A stretch of DNA of 3,648 bases from a virus (taxonomy: Duplodnaviria; Heunggongvirae; Uroviricota; Caudoviricetes). The position numbers and the translations under genes are program-made. Below, piece after piece: positions 1-3,648 of the stretch. Location of the stretch: the IMG/VR virus record IMGVR_UViG_2693429524_000022; one strand, 5' to 3'. Under the pieces are notes generated by a model, which was given only the letters and a program-made list of their open reading frames with translations, ran no database searches and was not told the DNA's origin. Each line of letters starts with the position of its first letter. Within the stretch, counting starts at the first letter, position 1.

Positions 1-1235
1 CTATGATAACCGCGCATTCAACATAGCTACCTGTTCGTCGTTCATGTCATCAATCCACATACCGTAAATTTCATACACCATCTGCGCAGTTTCATGCCCC
101 ATCTGGCTGGCTATAAATGCCGGGTTCGCTCCTGCCGTCAACAACCAGCAGGCAAAAGTATGCCGCGTATGGTACGGATTACGGCGGCGAATACCAGCAC
201 GTTTTACTGCTGCATTCCATCTCGCCCCCAGACTGCTTACCGAGTAATAAGGTTTCTGTTTTCCGTTACACACCCTGGGCATGAAAACAAAATGCAGTTT
301 TTGCTTTTCGGTTCTGCCGTACTCCCGATGATAAAAAGTGATTTCGCTTTTGCGATGATGCCCGGTTAGTTTGTATTGCTCCTTCAGTGCTTCAATAGCA
401 GGCCGCAGTAGTGTTACCGTCCGAATCCCCGCATTTGTTTTTGGGGGACCGAACATATCAAGTATCGTCAGGTTTCTTCTGACATTCACAATTCCCTTCT
501 CGAAATCCACATCCTCCCACGCCAGAGCAGCCAGTTCCCCGTGACGAAGCCCGGAGTAAACGGCAAATTTCCACAAGTTCTGGCTCTGTCCTTTTTCACT
601 TTCCATTAATGCATTGAATTCTGTTTTAGATAACGGATCAGGCTTTATTCTGTTTCGCTGTAATTTTTTTACTCCTTCAAATGGTTTGGTTGATATAAAT
701 CCCGACTGATACGCAAAACGTAACAACGAACAGAGCAGGGCGATATAGTTATCAACTGTGCGCACGGTTCTTCCTTTTTGTTGGATCTTGGATTATCCAG
801 GTAAAGCGTTTCTCCATGCAGCAGTTCATTCCGGTAGTTTAAGATATCGCTATAACGAATATGTGATATTGGGGTACTCTCACAAATTATTATCCTGAGT
901 GTTTTTAATTGTGATTTCGTTTTCTTCATTGTGTTTGTTGTTAACTCTGTCTCTTTAATTTTTGTCCAGATATCACAAAGCTCCCCGAACGTTTTTATGA
1001 CCCTCGTTGTCACCATTTTTGCCCCAGTGCTGGACTGGGGGAAACGTCTTAAATACTCAAATTCACCGGAATTGATTTCATGAACTATCAACGCTCTTAA
1101 ATTCCCGGCTTTTTTAATGTTACTGTTAGTAACCTCCCAGCCTTTCAATGTTTCCCGACATCGTTTTCCTCGAAACATGAACCAGATGCGAATGTATTTA
1201 CCTCGAATCTCGACACCTGTTGGTAATTTAGACAT
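1..1235 (-). pseudogene. intR: Tyrosine recombinase (phage integrase), frame-disrupted. The N-terminal segment (ATG 1233-1235, in-frame stop 669-671) and the C-terminal catalytic segment (open from 792 down to stop 1-3) are in different frames. The switch lies in 766-782, across an A5/T5 homopolymer at 775-779.
   Basis: N-terminal ORF (188 aa, MSKLPTGVEIRGKYIRIWF...) resembles an integrase arm-binding/core N-terminus. C-terminal ORF (254 aa) carries tyrosine-recombinase catalytic signatures: GLRHGELAALAWEDVD (box I Arg), NPYHTRHTFACWLLTAGANP (box II His/Arg) and a terminal Tyr region (MVYEIYGMW). 1235 nt from start to stop is one nt short of a multiple of 3. Restoring one base in the homopolymer would give a continuous ~411-aa protein, the length I recall for K-12 IntR. 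Symbol is from recollection of Rac organisation, not a search. Confidence 0.8.
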
Positions 1236-1236
1236 A

Positions 1237-1452
1237 TCATGAGTCTTTGATAAACTGATTTATCTTTGGATAGTTGTACCAGATAATCCCTCGCTTACTG
1301 TCTGGCTTCCCTAAAGGAGATACTCGTTTGAAGTGGAAGCCTTCCACCCAACAGTTCTGGCGGTATGCTTCAATTTGTCTGGCCCCCAGACCAGTGCGAA
1401 GCATCAGGCCGTATTCAACCATCCACTCTTCATTAAAGATTACTTGTGCCAT
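1237..1452 (-). CDS. xisR: Excisionase-like small DNA-binding protein (71 aa from ATG at 1450-1452). The ORF track's longer form starts at a TTG at 1474-1476.
   Basis: Small basic protein ([44 protein letters not shown]...) immediately upstream of the integrase on the same strand. Its TGA stop (1237-1239) is one nt from the integrase ATG. The ATG at 1450-1452 is preceded on the coding strand by GAGGTGA with 5-nt spacing. 71 aa matches my recollection of K-12 YdaQ/XisR. Confidence 0.7.
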   Translation of the reverse strand: MAQVIFNEEWMVEYGLMLRTGLGARQIEAYRQNCWVEGFHFKRVSPLGKPDSKRGIIWYNYPKINQFIKDS

Positions 1453-1503
1453 CGCATCACCTCTGGCAGGCGCCAATGTTAGACTGAAATTGACGCCCGA
1501 TGT

Positions 1504-1519
1504 TGATTATTAATAATCA
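1504..1519. repeat. Perfect 16-bp palindrome TGATTATTAATAATCA in the ydaC-xis intergenic region; candidate operator or protein-binding site.
   Basis: Sequence 1504-1519 is its own reverse complement; flanks at 1503/1520 break the symmetry. It sits in a 99-nt AT-rich non-coding gap (1453-1551). Existence is certain; function is inferred. Confidence 0.5.
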
Positions 1520-1551
1520 GCTATGAAGTTTTAATTTGAATACAATGCAAT

Positions 1552-1740
1552 TCACGAGGACTGAAGTTGCTCGCAATTAAAATTTATCAGTTTTACTTTC
1601 TGCTCTCTGGAAACGCCTGCTTCTTTTTTACCTGAGAGCATTTTTTCGCATTCTGATTTGGTTAATTTTGTTTTTGAGTACCTTGTCCAGTTAGTAGGAG
1701 TGCCACCTTCCTTTTCAATAGTGGCGGTAATTTTATACAT
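1552..1740 (-). CDS. ydaC: YdaC-like small prophage protein of unknown function (62 aa from ATG 1738-1740; alternative upstream starts at 1750-1752 and 1810-1812).
   Basis: ORF MYKITATIEKEGGTPTNWTRYSKTKLTKSECEKMLSGKKEAGVSREQKVKLINFNCEQLQSS. The ATG at 1738-1740 has a GGAGGTG Shine-Dalgarno (1744-1750) 5 nt upstream, lying inside the last codons of the upstream gene. Position between the RalR-like gene and the excisionase matches Rac. Symbol from recollection; no recognisable catalytic motif. Confidence 0.55.
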   Translation of the reverse strand: MYKITATIEKEGGTPTNWTRYSKTKLTKSECEKMLSGKKEAGVSREQKVKLINFNCEQLQSS

Positions 1741-1927
1741 GAACACCTCCATTATTATTTCCAGTGGTTCGTTTATTCCATCGTTCGAGTGCTTCTTTTT
1801 CACTTCCACCATAGCCGGTTCGGGATTCGCATCCGTTACACTTCGCGCGGTAATATCCTGAAATGGCTTTCACCGTTACTGATGGACAACCACAAAAAGG
1901 GCATGGTTTGACTTTTTCATACCGCAT
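1733..1927 (-). CDS. ralR: Lar-family restriction-alleviation protein / RalR-like DNase toxin (64 aa from ATG 1925-1927; alternative ATG at 1940-1942 gives 69 aa).
   Basis: Translation MRYEKVKPCPFCGCPSVTVKAISGYYRAKCNGCESRTGYGGSEKEALERWNKRTTGNNNGGVHV has the paired CxxC zinc-binding motifs (CPFCGC ... CNGC) typical of Lar/RalR proteins. Its size and its position directly downstream of the annealase match Rac ralR. 64 aa is the length I recall for K-12 RalR. Confidence 0.75.
   Translation of the reverse strand: MRYEKVKPCPFCGCPSVTVKAISGYYRAKCNGCESRTGYGGSEKEALERWNKRTTGNNNGGVHV
1744..1750 (-). promoter_or_regulatory. Shine-Dalgarno GGAGGTG for ydaC, embedded in the 3' end of the ralR-like coding sequence.
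   Basis: Coding-strand sequence AAT AAT AAT GGA GGT GTT CAT GTA TAA in the ralR frame. The ydaC ATG (1738-1740) lies 5 nt after GGAGG and overlaps the last two ralR codons; ralR stop is at 1733-1735. Confidence 0.55.
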
Positions 1928-1959
1928 TGTCTTTTCTCTCATAAAATAAAATTTTGTGA

Positions 1960-1981
1960 TGGCGGTGAGGCTACACCGCCA
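1960..1981 (-). other. GC-rich stem-loop (8-bp stem TGGCGGTG / CACCGCCA, 6-nt loop) in the annealase-ralR intergenic region.
   Basis: Inverted repeat read directly: 1960-1967 tggcggtg, loop 1968-1973 aggcta, 1974-1981 caccgcca. Lies 17 nt upstream of the first possible ralR ATG on the coding strand. No adjacent U-tract, so not called a terminator. Confidence 0.4.
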
Positions 1982-1990
1982 AAGTCAATA

Positions 1991-3043
1991 TCAGGAGCCG
2001 ATATATTCTGGTTTCATATCTGTCAGTGTCGTTTTATACGCCTCATATAATTCACCCAGATGTGGCCGGGCAGCATTCAGCGTATTTTCCAGAGCAGTAA
2101 ATTTTTGTTCTGCTTCTGGATCACCTGAAGAAGGTAGGTCATTTATCATCTTCTCGATACGGGCAATAGCATTGAGACGGTGATGACGCTGAACCACTTT
2201 TCCTTTAAGTTCCGTATAGAGAGCGCCAAGTGTATTTTTATGATCTTCCACTTCCTGGCGAAGTGCTGTTGTTTCCCCGGTGCTTTGTGCCTGCTCAATA
2301 CGTTCACGGAAAGCATCGATCCAGTTTTCCCCGGCATCCTGCTCAATAATTGTTGTTTCACGTTCCGCGCGGCAAGCGGAAGTGTTTTTATGTTCCTGAA
2401 CCGGATTAATGATTTTTTCCTGTGGCTCGTCCAGTTCGTCCCTGGTGTACACTCCAAGAATCACTTCGGGGCAATAAAGGCGCGCCCAGCGTTTCAGCGC
2501 TAGATAGGCAAGCTGCTGGCGAGGATCGTCGGCCCATAGCGTTGAGTTACGTGTTCTGGCCTGCGCCAGAAGTAATTCCAGTACGCGTGGTTTACTTTCG
2601 CCGCGTAGTGTTGCCTGGACACGAACACCGATCCCGTTTTCATCGGCCAGCTTCCAGCCAGGTACACGATATTCTTTCCCTTTGTCGCTCTTCCTGATTT
2701 CAAATTTCCCGATAATTTTTTCCCACGGCCCGAACCAGTCATATTCAATACGCCCGGTTAGCGGCCCACGAGTACTGATTACGGCATTAACCAGTTGCGC
2801 TTCATATCCGAGCACACCATTCACAACGAAAGTTTTCTGAGCTACTGCGTAAGGGTTCATTTGCCACTGCATCGCCTGCATGGTGATGGCCATGCAGTCT
2901 GATGGATTTCCTCGGAGGTGTTCCGGTACAGTAGCCATGCCGGAAGCCATTACCTGGGAAAATGTCTGAATTGCAGCCATGGACTGAGGGCTGAAAACCG
3001 CAACATTAGAGTTAATATTTTCTTGTTGAGTTAATTCGTTCAT
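1991..3043 (-). CDS. RecT/Redbeta-family single-strand annealing protein (350 aa) with an extended charged C-terminal tail.
   Basis: Complete ORF ATG 3041-3043 to TGA 1991-1993. Internal segments resemble conserved Redbeta/RecT regions as I recall them: FVVNGVLGYEAQLVNAVISTRG (compare Redbeta VPVVGVDGWSRIIN, RecT IIGYRGMIDLARRSG) and TLWADDPRQQLAYLALKRWARLYCPEVILGVYTRDELDE (compare Redbeta GPWQSHPKRMLRHKAMIQCARLAFGFAGIYDKDEAE). It is not the 269-aa K-12 RecT sequence, so no symbol is given. Sits directly downstream of an exonuclease gene with a strong RBS. Confidence 0.8.
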   Translation of the reverse strand: MNELTQQENINSNVAVFSPQSMAAIQTFSQVMASGMATVPEHLRGNPSDCMAITMQAMQWQMNPYAVAQKTFVVNGVLGYEAQLVNAVISTRGPLTGRIEYDWFGPWEKIIGKFEIRKSDKGKEYRVPGWKLADENGIGVRVQATLRGESKPRVLELLLAQARTRNSTLWADDPRQQLAYLALKRWARLYCPEVILGVYTRDELDEPQEKIINPVQEHKNTSACRAERETTIIEQDAGENWIDAFRERIEQAQSTGETTALRQEVEDHKNTLGALYTELKGKVVQRHHRLNAIARIEKMINDLPSSGDPEAEQKFTALENTLNAARPHLGELYEAYKTTLTDMKPEYIGS

Positions 3044-3047
3044 TGTG

Positions 3048-3054
3048 TCCTTCC
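3048..3054 (-). promoter_or_regulatory. Shine-Dalgarno GGAAGGA for the annealase, abutting the exonuclease stop codon (translational coupling).
   Basis: Coding-strand sequence ATC TGA GGAAGGA CACA ATG: exonuclease stop at 3055-3057, SD at 3048-3054, annealase ATG at 3041-3043. Confidence 0.6.
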
Positions 3055-3648
3055 TCAGATGCTCAGTGCTTCAAGACGACGAAGATCAAAGTCGTTTAAT
3101 TCGTCGGTATAACTTTCGGTAATCGGTGCTGGCCAGTTGTTTGTCTCCAGGGCTTCGTTTATCTGGCGTAGCGTCCGGCGATATTCCTGTCGACCAAGTT
3201 CCAGGAGTTCCTGCGAGGCTTCCACGACTGCCACCCAGTGATAGCCAGCATCTTTGTTGACGAAGATCCAGAAAAATTTGTCCAGGTTTGCCACATCGCA
3301 ATACATTGCGGCGCTGAGGTGATAATCACGCTCAATAATTTCACGGTGCAGGCGATCTTTAAGTCGTTCCTGTCGCACATAACCGAGGCTGACTGACTTC
3401 ACGTCAGCGCAAATGCTTTCGTATGGCAGCCGGATTTCGATATCAGGACGGACCCTGATTTCCAGCCCGGTTTCTTCATCAAACCCGAAATAGCTGATTT
3501 CAGATTTGCGATCCGGGTGGTTGAGTTGAACCGCCCCGGGTTTCCTGGAGAGTGTTTTATCTGTGAACTCAGGCTGCCAGATCATCGTTTCCGATGGAAG
3601 CATAATAAGCTTTTTCTGCTTCTGCCGGAGGAGTATGGCCCAGCCTTC
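3055..3648 (-). CDS. PD-(D/E)xK exonuclease of the RecE / lambda-Exo type, C-terminal 197 codons only; the 5' end lies beyond the window edge.
   Basis: Frame is open from the window edge (3648) to TGA at 3055-3057. It contains RVRPDIEIRLPYESICADVKSV (PD ... DxK arrangement) followed by YHLSAAMYCDVANLDKFFWIFVNKDAGYHWVAVVEA, which parallels the lambda Exo C-terminal region as I recall it ([37 protein letters not shown]). Too little sequence lies upstream of the PD motif for a complete nuclease domain, so the ATG at 3601-3603 is probably internal. Confidence 0.7.
   Translation of the reverse strand, partial: EGWAILLRQKQKKLIMLPSETMIWQPEFTDKTLSRKPGAVQLNHPDRKSEISYFGFDEETGLEIRVRPDIEIRLPYESICADVKSVSLGYVRQERLKDRLHREIIERDYHLSAAMYCDVANLDKFFWIFVNKDAGYHWVAVVEASQELLELGRQEYRRTLRQINEALETNNWPAPITESYTDELNDFDLRRLEALSI

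Noticed and set aside
94-369. Plus-strand 91-aa ORF inside the integrase region
   Set aside because: Lies antisense within the integrase catalytic-domain coding sequence, has no RBS and no recognisable motifs; most likely a shadow ORF.
766-795. Programmed ribosomal frameshift in the integrase
   Set aside because: No slippery heptamer with a downstream stimulatory structure is evident, and integrases are not known to use frameshifting; a 1-nt indel (mutation or sequencing error) is the simpler explanation.
1453-1476. Longer 79-aa excisionase starting at position 1476
   Set aside because: That start is a TTG with no upstream Shine-Dalgarno, whereas the internal ATG at 1450-1452 has GAGGTGA at ideal spacing and gives the 71-aa length I recall for the K-12 protein.
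1274-1513. Plus-strand 79-aa ORF antisense to the excisionase gene
   Set aside because: Almost completely overlaps the well-supported excisionase on the opposite strand, with low-complexity translation and no RBS; treated as an antisense artefact.
1658-1861. Plus-strand 67-aa ORF antisense to ydaC/ralR
   Set aside because: Hydrophobic low-complexity translation from an AT-rich antisense frame with no convincing start context. The region may still be transcribed as RNA, but a protein product is not supported.
1960-1981. Intrinsic (rho-independent) terminator between the annealase and ralR
   Set aside because: The GC-rich stem is not directly followed by a U-tract on either strand; kept only as a stem-loop of unknown role.
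1956-2697. Plus-strand ORFs 1956..2183, 2180..2503 and 2422..2697 antisense to the annealase gene
   Set aside because: All lie within the annealase coding sequence on the opposite strand; at least the first starts at a GTG and has no RBS. They are the kind of antisense ORFs expected by chance opposite a real gene.
2146-2748. Minus-strand nested ORFs 2146..2457 and 2500..2748
   Set aside because: Out-of-frame ORFs wholly inside the annealase gene; the annealase frame has recognisable family motifs and a strong RBS, these do not.
3086-3380. Minus-strand nested ORFs 3086..3301 and 3159..3380
   Set aside because: Out-of-frame ORFs inside the exonuclease coding region; the exonuclease frame carries the PD-(D/E)xK motif and is open to the window edge.
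3601-3603. ATG at 3601-3603 as the true start of a complete 182-aa exonuclease
   Set aside because: The frame stays open for the 15 codons upstream to the window edge, and 182 aa would leave too little sequence before the PD...DxK motif for a complete nuclease domain; the gene is truncated by the window.
1-3648. CRISPR array, tRNA/rRNA gene, insertion sequence or novel multi-gene defence system
   Set aside because: No spaced direct repeats, no tRNA-like structure, no transposase-like ORF or terminal inverted repeats were seen. All substantial ORFs are accounted for by canonical prophage recombination and excision genes plus RalR/YdaC.

Overview
The window looks like the integrase-proximal (left) arm of a Rac-like lambdoid prophage from an E. 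coli-like enterobacterium. All six supported genes are on the minus strand, read from high to low coordinates: a RecE/lambda-Exo-like exonuclease (3' part only, runs off the window edge), a 350-aa RecT/Redbeta-family annealase, a RalR-like Lar-family protein, a YdaC-like small protein, an excisionase, and a tyrosine integrase whose reading frame is broken by a 1-nt change at a homopolymer. Gene order, overlaps and protein lengths match my recollection of the K-12 Rac left arm (intR-ydaQ-ydaC-ralR-recT-recE), but the annealase is not the 269-aa K-12 RecT, so the recombination module appears mosaic. I found no CRISPR array, tRNA, rRNA, transposase or obvious novel defence system. The most notable points are the broken integrase, the variant exonuclease/annealase pair, the RalR toxin with no protein partner (its sRNA antitoxin RalA is not located), and a perfect 16-bp palindrome in the ydaC-xis intergenic region. 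All assignments are from reading the translations; no database search was possible.
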